IMG/VR virus record: IMGVR_UViG_3300033073_000160
Span: 32,001-96,000 of that record
Source: a virus
Taxonomy: Duplodnaviria; Caudoviricetes
Direction: 5' to 3' (one strand)
DNA length: 64,000 bases
The notes under the pieces: model-generated
The model's database searches: none
Seen by the model: only the letters and a program-made list of their open reading frames with translations
Told to the model about the DNA's origin: nothing
Shown here: in pieces, positions 34,025-43,656 of the stretch
Layout of the letters: every line of letters begins with the position of its first letter
Position numbering within the stretch: position 1 is the stretch's first letter
Made by a program: the position numbers and the translations under genes

Positions 34025-34708
34025 ATGAATGTTAAACTCCTTTCATACAGTCAGCCCACTGCAACATTCGCAGAGGCCGGAATTGACGATGCACAAGAAC
34101 TCATCGCCTATTGCGCCAGAGTCTCAAACCCAAGTAATCAGCTCAACACAGACACAAGTGAAAAACTTATCAAGTATCTCATTAAACACGCACACTGGAG
34201 TCCACTCGAAATGGTTTCAGCTTGCCTGGAAATTGAGACGACACGAGATATTGCAAGGCAGATCCTACGACACAGAAGTTTTAGTTTCCAAGAGTTCAGT
34301 CAGCGTTACGCTGACCCAACAAAGGATCTCAGCTTTGTATTGCGAGAAGCAAGACTCCAAGACACCAAAAATAGACAAAATAGTGTAGCGTTAGATCTCA
34401 CATCTGACGAGGGCAGGCGCCTTGCTTGGCAATGGGAAAACATTCAACAGGGCGTTATTGATAAAGCCAAGGAAGCATATGAATGGGCTGTTAGTCATGG
34501 CATTGCTAAGGAGCAAGCCCGAGCAGTTCTACCTGAAGGCAATACAGTTAGTCGTTTATATATGAACGGAACACTACGTTCGTGGATTCACTTTATTGAA
34601 TTGCGCAGCGGTAATGGAACACAGTTAGAGCATCAAGAAGTTGCTATTGCATGTGCTAAAGTTATTGCTGAAATATTTCCAATGACCACTGATCTCGTAG
34701 CCAAGTAA
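34025..34708 (+). CDS. thyX: flavin-dependent thymidylate synthase
   Basis: HWSPLE, RHRSFSFQEFSQRY signature, KEQARAVLP, LRSWIHF, Q.EH. Confidence 0.96.
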   Translation: MNVKLLSYSQPTATFAEAGIDDAQELIAYCARVSNPSNQLNTDTSEKLIKYLIKHAHWSPLEMVSACLEIETTRDIARQILRHRSFSFQEFSQRYADPTKDLSFVLREARLQDTKNRQNSVALDLTSDEGRRLAWQWENIQQGVIDKAKEAYEWAVSHGIAKEQARAVLPEGNTVSRLYMNGTLRSWIHFIELRSGNGTQLEHQEVAIACAKVIAEIFPMTTDLVAK

Positions 34709-35687
34709 AGTCATTTATCTTACTCAATGCCTCCTTATTGGAGGCATTCTTTTGGCCGTAGTCTCTGCCGGCGAGTGCGCCTTTTAAGGCGTTTTTATCA
34801 GTTGTCTCACTACACCATACGGCAAGACGTTCTTCTGTTTCTGCACTATCTTGTCTATCAATGACCTTACTGGCTAGTTTAGCACACTCTCTAAATGCAC
34901 CCTTCCAAGCTTCAAATGGTGACGAAGCAAATTCAGTAGTGTTGCTAACTTCGTCCATTATCCTTATATTATGACTTAGACTAGTAGTCACGTCAACACT
35001 AGCATCTCTGTTAAAAAATAAATGTTTAGGTAATAATTTTATGCCACCATATCCATACTCTAAACCGTTTAACGGATTACGGCTTTTCCATATATGAACT
35101 GCATCAAAATGATCTAAACTAACTTCATACGTAAATTTAAAACTATCTAGTATAACTGCATCTGCATCTACTACCCACATAAAACTTGTAGCACAGGCAA
35201 GAGCAGCCTGTTTGTGGGCTTTAAAAATTCCATCAACCATATCTATACGATTAGCATGTGGAACTTTATTTTTTAATTTTTTCCAATTGTCGTCGGCGTA
35301 TGTTTCACCGTAACTAATAAAGAAAACATCATAACACACTGGAGTCTTTAAATACCTAGATGCAACTAACGGCCTTGCTGTTTCAAAATCTAAAGAACGT
35401 TTAGTAGGAACTAAAAATATTCTGTTCTGCTGTTGATCTTCAAGATAAAATATACTAGTTAAAAAACTAGGAACTATTTTTAAAAAATTAAAATCTAATG
35501 TTTGTATTGTTGGAATAATCCAACACATCTTTGTTCTAACTGTTTTTGAGTGGGTTTGAAATATAGTTAAAAAATCTACATGAGTAGGTTCAACAACTAC
35601 TCTTTTAGATAATGGAAATTTTTGTTTTGCACTTTCTAATGCACTATCTGGCCAATCTGTTTGATGGTAAAATATAATATCATACAT
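34662..35687 (-). CDS. GT-A fold glycosyltransferase-like protein
   Basis: DVFFISYGE, WVVDAD (DxD), YGYGGIKLLPK, SPFEAWKGAFRE. Confidence 0.7.
   Translation of the reverse strand: MYDIIFYHQTDWPDSALESAKQKFPLSKRVVVEPTHVDFLTIFQTHSKTVRTKMCWIIPTIQTLDFNFLKIVPSFLTSIFYLEDQQQNRIFLVPTKRSLDFETARPLVASRYLKTPVCYDVFFISYGETYADDNWKKLKNKVPHANRIDMVDGIFKAHKQAALACATSFMWVVDADAVILDSFKFTYEVSLDHFDAVHIWKSRNPLNGLEYGYGGIKLLPKHLFFNRDASVDVTTSLSHNIRIMDEVSNTTEFASSPFEAWKGAFRECAKLASKVIDRQDSAETEERLAVWCSETTDKNALKGALAGRDYGQKNASNKEALSKINDFTWLRDQWSLEIFQQ
34726..34796 (+). terminator. two tandem intrinsic terminators after thyX, embedded in the antisense CDS
   Basis: aatgcctcc-ttatt-ggaggcatt-ctttt (34726-53) and cgcct-ttta-aggcg-ttttt (34778-96). 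Confidence 0.65.
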
Positions 35688-36610
35688 TACTCTTTATCCA
35701 ATACGTTATTAGAAATCCTAGTTTGATCTGCGTGGACATGTCTAAAAAATCGACTTGCACTTTCGTCTAGTATTGATAGCGGAATATCTAATTGAGGACT
35801 AATTTTATCACCTAAGTCTTTAATATGTTCTAGTAAGTTTTCTTCTGTAATCTTATCAACTACTAGCTCTTCCCATAAAGTTCCTAAGTATTCAAAATCT
35901 CGAACTTGAACGTAGTCCCAGTCAGTGCAGTTTGTCATCCAACAACCTTGTCTAGCACCTAAAATTGCCCATAGACCGTTTTTAACATCTGCGCCTACAT
36001 TCATCCAAATTAATAAACGATGTAAATTTTTCCAATGCACCTGACGTTTAAAGTTAGTGTGTTTAACTCTAACGCCTCGATCTAAACTCATTTTAACGCC
36101 TTCGCGGAATCCTGCTCTCCACGCTTGGTATGGGCTAGCGTTATTGTAAACGTCACTGAAACAACTGTTCATTTGAATGTATTCGGCGTCCCAGCAAAAA
36201 TCAACTTGAGCGTTAGGATCATCTGCCGGAGCATTCTCGTGTGTTCTCATATTGAGCACATACTCTTTTGGCCACAATTTTAAACCGCCGTTTCCATACA
36301 TCAGCCCGTTAATAACATTATGGCCACACCAACTAACTACACACTTGCTTAGATCTTTATTTGCTTCAAAGTCTAACTCTTGATTAAAGAATGCCTCGTG
36401 AACAATGTTATCACCGTCTACTGTAACAAATCGGTCTGTTTCACTTAATTCAGCGCAGGCTTTGTGTGCAGCATCACTACCCTTGACACCATGCACACGT
36501 TTTGCCCAGGGCACCTTGTTTAATAAGTCAGCATAGTTTTTTTCAGCGTTCGGTTCATCGTAGCTGAGATAGATAATATCACAATCAATAATTTTAAATT
36601 TTTGACTCAT
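35687..36610 (-). CDS. GT-A fold glycosyltransferase-like protein (paralogue of 34662-35687)
   Basis: DIIYLSYDE, VTVDGD, YGNGGLKLWPK, SPYQAWRAGFRE. Confidence 0.7.
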   Translation of the reverse strand: MSQKFKIIDCDIIYLSYDEPNAEKNYADLLNKVPWAKRVHGVKGSDAAHKACAELSETDRFVTVDGDNIVHEAFFNQELDFEANKDLSKCVVSWCGHNVINGLMYGNGGLKLWPKEYVLNMRTHENAPADDPNAQVDFCWDAEYIQMNSCFSDVYNNASPYQAWRAGFREGVKMSLDRGVRVKHTNFKRQVHWKNLHRLLIWMNVGADVKNGLWAILGARQGCWMTNCTDWDYVQVRDFEYLGTLWEELVVDKITEENLLEHIKDLGDKISPQLDIPLSILDESASRFFRHVHADQTRISNNVLDKE

Positions 36611-37223
36611 TTAATGTTTTAATCCCGTAGGTGTCGAAGAAGTGTTTAGTTAGAATTGTTATGGCACCGCTTTTTCCTTCGATGTCATGCTCGTGCGGTA
36701 TGAAATGTTTTGTGTTTTTAATTAATTCATCTAACTTAAACGATATAGTTCTAACATGAAAATTTTTATTTTTTTCTACGTATAGATAGAAGTCTAACGT
36801 AACATCAAGGTCTTGTTTAGATAACTTACGAACTACATCCGGACGCAATACAAATCCCCAATGTTTAGTATCAAGGTGGTTTTCAATGATTAGTGAAAAG
36901 TCAGCAGTGGCCGGGGGAACAATGGCTAGTGCATTAAAATTAATGTCTGTTCGAAGTTCCTCGTTCACGTTAATCATTATTAAATCATTTTTTTCTAAAA
37001 TAATTTTAAAGTGATTAAAATTCTGCGTCCCTTCTAAAAACGGACGAACCTCGTGATATGGCATTTTGATAAATGTTTCTAAATCTGAACGAAGTTCGTT
37101 AGTCATGCAAATAATAGCACCAGTTGTTTTATCAAAATAAACAAAGTAGTCGTTGCTAAATGTTCCAACAGCATGTGCTTGTGCTAATTCATCTTCTGTT
37201 AGGTATTCAATCTCTTCTGACAT
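36594..37223 (-). CDS. hypothetical protein
   Basis: 209 aa within the glycosyltransferase operon. Confidence 0.7.
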   Translation of the reverse strand: MSEEIEYLTEDELAQAHAVGTFSNDYFVYFDKTTGAIICMTNELRSDLETFIKMPYHEVRPFLEGTQNFNHFKIILEKNDLIMINVNEELRTDINFNALAIVPPATADFSLIIENHLDTKHWGFVLRPDVVRKLSKQDLDVTLDFYLYVEKNKNFHVRTISFKLDELIKNTKHFIPHEHDIEGKSGAITILTKHFFDTYGIKTLNESKI

Positions 37224-38046
37224 TTTTACCCCCTAATGATGTAATAATAGCATTAGTTAGAAATGTATCAGTTACATAATGAAAGACGCCACGTTGTAAC
37301 ATATTAGAAACCATTAACTGATTGTCTCCGTTAATATAGCAATCCAACACGTTAGTCCAAGTGCTCGGAATTGGGTCAATATTTTGAATATTAGACTTCA
37401 TATGCACAAAATTAAAATCAACAGTTGGATGTATTACTTGTTCTTCTATACCTAATATTTTTACTGCAATAGCAGCACTAACATCCATGCTAACCCATTT
37501 TTGTTTATTCTTAGGTGCAATATCAAAATAGACACGTTCCCAGTTTGCAACTACAAACGCTAACACATTATAGAAATCTAAAGCAGGTTGATTCTTTTTA
37601 AAATAGTGTAGACCGAAGTAAACATTTGGCAGTTGATTTTCAGTAAACATCTTACGATTAACATGGTTTGTTACAACATTGCCTTTAAAATCTAACACAT
37701 TACTTGCAAAAAATACATCATAGTTTGATAGCTGATCCCATAGACTATCAAACGATCTAAAAACTAACATGTCACTATCAAAAACTATTGTTTCGTCATA
37801 AGGAGTTACATGATATAATTTCCAACGATTTTCGACTTTCCATACACTATCGCTTGCTTGGTCGTCGCCGGGGATAGGGATAATTTTATCAAATACTTCT
37901 TTATACTCGTCTGGCACTGGATCATTAGTAACTAAGCTAACAAGGCAACTATCTTGGCTTTTGTGTAAACTAAGTGCAAGTGCATATGCTTGTCTTACAT
38001 AATCAATATCTTCACTATTTTGTGCTAATACCAAAAAGCCTTTCAT
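37207..38046 (-). CDS. GT-A (GT8-like) glycosyltransferase
   Basis: KGFLVLAQN, SLVTN, TPYDETIVFDSD, FVHMK. Confidence 0.7.
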   Translation of the reverse strand: MKGFLVLAQNSEDIDYVRQAYALALSLHKSQDSCLVSLVTNDPVPDEYKEVFDKIIPIPGDDQASDSVWKVENRWKLYHVTPYDETIVFDSDMLVFRSFDSLWDQLSNYDVFFASNVLDFKGNVVTNHVNRKMFTENQLPNVYFGLHYFKKNQPALDFYNVLAFVVANWERVYFDIAPKNKQKWVSMDVSAAIAVKILGIEEQVIHPTVDFNFVHMKSNIQNIDPIPSTWTNVLDCYINGDNQLMVSNMLQRGVFHYVTDTFLTNAIITSLGGKNVRRD

Positions 38047-38903
38047 TATACTGCCCCATCGTCGATTATTCTAGCCATACTATATTTGTTCATTAAATGA
38101 ACATCTAGTCCGTTAGTTTTTAATGCAGTATATTCGCCAGGAAAGTTTTCTTTTTCAACTAGCAACTTACATTTGTTATCTTTGATGTCTATAATAACAT
38201 CCTTATCTATAGCATAATATAGCTTTCCAGGCAACGGACTAACAAAGTCTCCGTTTGGATCTCCGCCGTTCATGATATGAATTGCTATGCTAAAAGAAAA
38301 ATCATTCCTATAGGTAATAGCATCAATGCTATATAACATTCTATAATAATTCCAATTTTCTTTAATGTGTTTAATTAATTCAAAGAATGATTCAGTTGCC
38401 TGACTTTTCTTAAAATAAAACACAGTTGCCCAGTAAAACGGAACACTATACTGATTAATATAATGGTAGGGAACACGCCATCTTGCTAGGTCGTATGCCT
38501 CTTTATATATTGCAAAATCATATGTATTATCCCATATGTTTTTTAAACTCTCTGAACATACTATATAATCACTGTCTAATACTAGTGTTTCATCATAGGG
38601 ACTTAGATCATAGCAATCTGATCTAGAAAAGTTTTTCCATTTTAATATCTTACGAGTAACTGTTCCATCGTGGAATGAACGATTCTGCGCCTTGGTAAAA
38701 TCATTGTTAGAACTAACATCAATAATTTTATCAAACACCTCTTCAGGGTTAATATCAGACTCGTATAGCCATGTCTTGCTATCAGTGACTAATGACACGG
38801 GAATTCCTAAATACTCTTTAACCCGTCGAGCAGCAAAGATTGCAATTTTTACGTAGTCAATCTCGCTATTATTTTGAGCAAAGATTAATGCGCCTTTACT
38901 CAT
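38046..38903 (-). CDS. GT-A (GT8-like) glycosyltransferase (paralogue of 37207-38046)
   Basis: KGALIFAQN, SLVTD, SPYDETLVLDSD, VHLMNK. Confidence 0.7.
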   Translation of the reverse strand: MSKGALIFAQNNSEIDYVKIAIFAARRVKEYLGIPVSLVTDSKTWLYESDINPEEVFDKIIDVSSNNDFTKAQNRSFHDGTVTRKILKWKNFSRSDCYDLSPYDETLVLDSDYIVCSESLKNIWDNTYDFAIYKEAYDLARWRVPYHYINQYSVPFYWATVFYFKKSQATESFFELIKHIKENWNYYRMLYSIDAITYRNDFSFSIAIHIMNGGDPNGDFVSPLPGKLYYAIDKDVIIDIKDNKCKLLVEKENFPGEYTALKTNGLDVHLMNKYSMARIIDDGAV

Positions 38904-39249
38904 ACTTGATTAAATCTTCTACTTTACGTTGTTTTTTTAGATCAGCATACTTTACATAATACTGATTTGCACTTTGATAATATTGATCAAGAATGTTATT
39001 ATAAAAATCCTGCAGGTCTTTAATCTGCACAGGCATATTGTTATCGTCAATTAATACAGTATCTTCCGTATATCCAGAATCGATTAGCATTTTGACAAAG
39101 CACATTAAATCTCTAGTAATTGTAAAACTTGCGCCGCTTTGATAGTATATTAATCCTTGCTGGAATTCTTCAAATGCTAACTTTCGTTGGCTAGTTAATG
39201 CAGCCATAAAATTGGCAGTTTGGAATGCTTTTTCTAATCGTTCATCCAT
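38896..39249 (-). CDS. hypothetical protein (possible tail-fibre assembly/chaperone-like)
   Basis: 117 aa; LIDDNNMPV motif; lies between the fibre genes and the glycosyltransferases. Confidence 0.65.
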   Translation of the reverse strand: MDERLEKAFQTANFMAALTSQRKLAFEEFQQGLIYYQSGASFTITRDLMCFVKMLIDSGYTEDTVLIDDNNMPVQIKDLQDFYNNILDQYYQSANQYYVKYADLKKQRKVEDLIKYE

Positions 39250-39286
39250 AGATAATCCTACTTGAGTTTATCAAGTAATTATCTAT
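39248..39286 (-). promoter_or_regulatory. long hairpin covering the SD and start of the 39249 gene, with GATAATTA in its 5' arm
   Basis: Minus strand: atagataat-tacttga-taaac-tcaagta-gg-attatctat(g). Confidence 0.65.
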
Positions 39287-39301
39287 AATTTTAGGGGGAG
39301 A

Positions 39302-40210
39302 TTAGAATCCTGACTGCGATGCAGACGGAGCTGATACAGATACGTTTGATCCTGAAGGGCGGAACATTTGAACTGTGCTAGTTAATGTTCCGTCGACGTT
39401 TTCGTCGATTGGTGGTCCTGGCGGTTCGCCTGGGCTTGGGTTATTTAAGTCACCTGCATCCTCATCTTCGAATACCATTTCAAGAATTACTTGTGCGCCG
39501 CCAGATGCTGTTCTAGCATAGATAAAATAATCGTTTTCAGCATACACACCAGAAGGTGCTTGTTTTCTAAAAATAAGCTGGTTGCTACCAGTTAATCCGT
39601 AATAGCCAATAGAGCTAACGCTACCTGAACCTGTTACAGAAGCAGAGTTTGCGCCAATAGAAATAATTCCCATTTGGCTAAACATCAATGACCACGTTTG
39701 GTTTTTGTATCCGCTATTACCACCTGAGCGATCTGCACTAATCTGGAAGTTTCCGCCTGCGTTAAAGAAATAACGGGCATGGTCTACGCTACTAAATGTA
39801 ATTGTGCAAGTGTGTGTTAATGTTCCATTCCATGCACTTGTGCGCTGATACGGAGTAATAACGTTTTCTAAAGAACCTTGATTGCTAGCAACTGTTAGTC
39901 TATCAGCAGTAATAGTGTCAGCCATCGAATCGTATTGAGCACGAATTGCTTCGCTAACAACTAAACTAGTAGATGTGATTGTTAAATTGCTACTTTGGTC
40001 TGTTCCTAACTGATGCTGTCTGGCTTTTAATAAATCAGTTCTTAAATTGTTCCATTGGCTAACAAGGATTGAATCGCCGACGTTAACTTGACTGCTTACT
40101 AAACTTTGCCCGTAGCCGTAGTCATTAGAGCCGGTGCCTAGCACTAGGCTAACTTTACCTTGTATTGAATTATAGTCAGCTGCCCTAACTCTTGAACCTA
40201 CACCTGGCAT
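39302..40210 (-). CDS. virion structural protein (tail-associated)
   Basis: Ser/Gly/Thr-rich; YGYGQ, QWNNLR, ARYFFNAGG motifs; in the tail cluster. Confidence 0.65.
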   Translation of the reverse strand: MPGVGSRVRAADYNSIQGKVSLVLGTGSNDYGYGQSLVSSQVNVGDSILVSQWNNLRTDLLKARQHQLGTDQSSNLTITSTSLVVSEAIRAQYDSMADTITADRLTVASNQGSLENVITPYQRTSAWNGTLTHTCTITFSSVDHARYFFNAGGNFQISADRSGGNSGYKNQTWSLMFSQMGIISIGANSASVTGSGSVSSIGYYGLTGSNQLIFRKQAPSGVYAENDYFIYARTASGGAQVILEMVFEDEDAGDLNNPSPGEPPGPPIDENVDGTLTSTVQMFRPSGSNVSVSAPSASQSGF

Positions 40211-40223
40211 AATACTTTCCTTA

Positions 40224-41687
40224 TTATAAAATTAATGCTTCAACAACTTTAACGCCTTCGTCATCGCTAGATTCCAACGCTACTGCAAACACTCCGCTCG
40301 CATGTGGAACTGCCATCATAGCGCATCCATTGTCTGCTGCAATTAATTCATCACCCTTTTTAATGCGACCAATAACTTTAACCGGAACACGGCCTTTAAG
40401 TGCAACTGGTGTTCCGCCTACTAGTTCACTATTCATTAGATACGCAGGATTTGTAGATACTGCGCCAATAGCACGTTTGCCCCACTTACTAGCTGTGATT
40501 TCTTTTTCACCACCAATCATTACAACAGTTCCTGGCTCGTATGTTGCATCTGCTAGATAATTTTCTGCCAAGTCAGCGTAACGTGCTGTAGAAGCTTCAC
40601 CTTGGAACAAACTAGCAAATAAATTGCCACTGCTATCACGGGCTGCAATTGAGTTTTGAGTTGCCGCAGTTGATGCGCTTCTATATTGTCCGCCAACTTC
40701 TAATGTAGTTGCTTTTGATGCAACTCCAACGAAATCATTTGCATAAACTGCTCTAAATTTCAATACATCACTACCAACGTCAGTGCTTTCTGAGACGCCA
40801 GGTAATATATCGTTACCAATAATCTTTAAAGGTGTGCGAGTAACACTAGATGATTTGGTTCTAAAAATAATTTTATTAGTGTCACCGACTACGTTTTCAA
40901 TAACAGGATCAGTAGAGTTTTCAATTGACACTCTTAATACGTTATTATTACCAACAGTATAACCTAAGTCGTTAAAACGAACTAGTGTATTAAATGTTGC
41001 AGAACCTGCGCGAACGTAGTCTGCTGCAAGATAACCGCCTAATCTATCTGAATCAGTTGCAGTTCCGTGAAATCTGTCGTCAGCATTAGCAGTTACGCCA
41101 GTTGGGCTTCCTACAAGGTTAATACCAGGCTTTAGTTGACCGGTAAATCCCTCAATAGCGTTAACTGATGATAATGTAAATGTGTCATTTGCAATAATAA
41201 ACAAAGTTCTGTCGTCGACAATCGCTTCAATAATAGCATGTCCAACAGTATCTGTATCCAAAACGCTACGAGAAAGCATTTGTGTTGTGCCTTGGCCTGC
41301 AACACCTTGTGGACCTACTAGAATAAACTCAGCGCCGTTCCACGCATACAACTGATCGTTAGTAGTATCATACCAAAAATCGCCAGTTGTTAAACCTGTT
41401 GGAGCAGTTGGGGAGATTTCAGCACCGCCAGTTGTGCGGAATTTTGTGCCATCATAAAATTTTAACTTACGTGTTCCACTATCAAACCAGATCTGACCTT
41501 TAATTGGCTTAGAAGGCTGCGTAGCTGCGGCAAAGTTTTCTAGCAAAAATACTAGATTCTCGTTTTGCACTTCACCGTAACCGGCATAGTTTTTACCAAT
41601 AAGTTTGATATCTAGCGTGTTATCGATCGTGCCGTCGGCGATTACCGTAACTTGCGATCCGTCATATTTGTTAATGGTATAGGCCAT
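40224..41687 (-). CDS. tail fibre protein with a possible C-terminal auto-cleaving chaperone domain
   Basis: GKNYAGYGE..NEN..LLENFA N-terminal module; C-terminal YADLAENY...ALKGRVPVKV. Confidence 0.7.
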   Translation of the reverse strand: MAYTINKYDGSQVTVIADGTIDNTLDIKLIGKNYAGYGEVQNENLVFLLENFAAATQPSKPIKGQIWFDSGTRKLKFYDGTKFRTTGGAEISPTAPTGLTTGDFWYDTTNDQLYAWNGAEFILVGPQGVAGQGTTQMLSRSVLDTDTVGHAIIEAIVDDRTLFIIANDTFTLSSVNAIEGFTGQLKPGINLVGSPTGVTANADDRFHGTATDSDRLGGYLAADYVRAGSATFNTLVRFNDLGYTVGNNNVLRVSIENSTDPVIENVVGDTNKIIFRTKSSSVTRTPLKIIGNDILPGVSESTDVGSDVLKFRAVYANDFVGVASKATTLEVGGQYRSASTAATQNSIAARDSSGNLFASLFQGEASTARYADLAENYLADATYEPGTVVMIGGEKEITASKWGKRAIGAVSTNPAYLMNSELVGGTPVALKGRVPVKVIGRIKKGDELIAADNGCAMMAVPHASGVFAVALESSDDEGVKVVEALIL

Positions 41688-41707
41688 TGTTTATTCCTCG
41701 TTCCTAG

Positions 41708-41715
41708 TATTTATC
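41708..41715 (-). promoter_or_regulatory. putative late promoter (GATAAATA)
   Basis: Intergenic, about 20 nt upstream of the start at 41687, with a GAGGA SD. Confidence 0.6.
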
Positions 41716-41721
41716 GTTTGT

Positions 41722-43656
41722 TTATAATACAATCTCTGCTCCACTGGATTCCCAAGTCCAAGCGCCGCCGCTTACAACATAAGTTTTAACAGATCTAGTA
41801 TACGTAATAGTTGCAGCGCCGGTGTTAACCGTGTTAATTACAAAGTCTTCGACTACAGGAACATCAGATCCCGGTAAAACTCCGTAAATTGTTGCTTCGC
41901 CCGAAGGAGTTGTTACTAACGTTCCTGTATCCGACTGCCCTAGCGCTGAGCTATAAGTTATGTCAAACCCTGGCGCAACATTTAGAGCAGGGAAACTTAC
42001 CGTCTGCTTAGTGCATAACACCCTGCAACGAGCTCCATTTGGATATTCTAGCAATGCTGTTTCTGGACTAATAACTGGAAATACTGCTTCTAAAATTGTT
42101 GCAATTTGAGATTTTAGGGTAGATTCAACTGTGCTTAACCCTGTAATGTCGAGTTCATATCCAATAGAAGTAGTAGAAACTCTATCTAGCAAATACTGCA
42201 AATTAACTGCGTCTGTTGCTTGAACTGGGTCAGAAATGCCTCGTATAATACTAGATGATACGTTAACAACACCTGTCCCGTTAGGGCTAATAATAATATC
42301 ACCGTTTGTATTAGTAGAACTAATTGTATTATTTTCTAATTTTAAATTAACAACTTCTAATACATCTAAATTTCCAACTGTTCGTAAGCTACTATCTCTA
42401 ACATATGAACCTAGTCTAGTTGCAGATAACACAGAAATATTGTTAATTTTATATTCTTTATCAGTGTCTAAACTAATATGATCAGTAACTACCCAGTTAC
42501 TATCAGCAACATCAATTGCATCTTTATTCCATAAGATTGTATGGTCTGTTGTTCCCTTAAGAATGATGCCGCCGCCGTCGGCTGTTGAATCTGTAGGAGT
42601 ATCAACTACACCTAATTCAATGTTTAAATCTTTAATTGAAGTATTTGTAGTTTCAATGCTAGTTGTTACACCTTTAACTGTTAAATTTCCTTCAATAATA
42701 ACATTACTATTAGCAGAATTTGCAGAAGTTCCAATATGTAGCATTGCTTCTGGTGCAGAATTAAATACCCCAACATACTCTGTAGTAGGTTTAATATGTA
42801 TTGCCGACTTGATTACATTTCCGCTCTTAGCTTTTAAAACAATTTCTTGTCCAGATTGCAAGGGAGTAATATTAAACTCAGCATTAGTTACTCTAATTTC
42901 AGTCGAAGGGCCAGGGCCCAATGTTAAAGGCAGCGTATTATTAATTGTAACTGCGCCTTGGAATGTTGTAGACTCGTCTGTGACTGATACAAAATCTTCA
43001 GGAACTTTAACTTGTCCTGCTTGATTTAATAATCCCCTTGCCTGACTAATAATGCCTTTAAATTCAACACCAGTTAATGAACTAGTGTTGAATCCTTTGT
43101 AAATTTTTCCAGGCTTTGCGCCAGTGATAGGAGTTGCAGGAGTAAACTCGTCTTTACTCCAGATACCAAGTAGAGCTTGGCCAACATACATCATAGCTAA
43201 TGTATGGCTAATTTGATTTGTATCTAAGTGAGTTTCAATTGTTAGTCCTGTAAGACCTTGTTGATCGTTGAACTGCGGACCTGCTAGTGTTAATTGTGTG
43301 CCGTCGTAGAAGAATAACTGTTTTCTATAGCTGTCAATCCAGATATCACCCTGGACTAAATTGCTAGGAACTTTATTAGACACAATCGTCCCACCGGATA
43401 CTCTAAATCCATTGCCGTCGTAGACTTTTAAACGTCCTTCTGTAGTGTCATACCAAATTTGTCCAGTAATTGGATTATTAGGTGCATTAGTGTTTGCAAA
43501 TGATTCTAGCAGCTTGATAAAGTTTTCATTTAAAAACTCACCGTAACTACTAGAATTTTTACCTACTAGTGTTAAATCAGTTGACGTTTGATCGATTGTT
43601 CCGTCGACTACTTCGGTTAAAACTGATCCATCTGTTTTATTAATAATATAGCTCAT
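41722..43656 (-). CDS. tail fibre/baseplate-associated protein
   Basis: Same N-terminal module (GKNSSSYGE..NEN..LLESFA; GQIWYD). Confidence 0.7.
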   Translation of the reverse strand: MSYIINKTDGSVLTEVVDGTIDQTSTDLTLVGKNSSSYGEFLNENFIKLLESFANTNAPNNPITGQIWYDTTEGRLKVYDGNGFRVSGGTIVSNKVPSNLVQGDIWIDSYRKQLFFYDGTQLTLAGPQFNDQQGLTGLTIETHLDTNQISHTLAMMYVGQALLGIWSKDEFTPATPITGAKPGKIYKGFNTSSLTGVEFKGIISQARGLLNQAGQVKVPEDFVSVTDESTTFQGAVTINNTLPLTLGPGPSTEIRVTNAEFNITPLQSGQEIVLKAKSGNVIKSAIHIKPTTEYVGVFNSAPEAMLHIGTSANSANSNVIIEGNLTVKGVTTSIETTNTSIKDLNIELGVVDTPTDSTADGGGIILKGTTDHTILWNKDAIDVADSNWVVTDHISLDTDKEYKINNISVLSATRLGSYVRDSSLRTVGNLDVLEVVNLKLENNTISSTNTNGDIIISPNGTGVVNVSSSIIRGISDPVQATDAVNLQYLLDRVSTTSIGYELDITGLSTVESTLKSQIATILEAVFPVISPETALLEYPNGARCRVLCTKQTVSFPALNVAPGFDITYSSALGQSDTGTLVTTPSGEATIYGVLPGSDVPVVEDFVINTVNTGAATITYTRSVKTYVVSGGAWTWESSGAEIVL

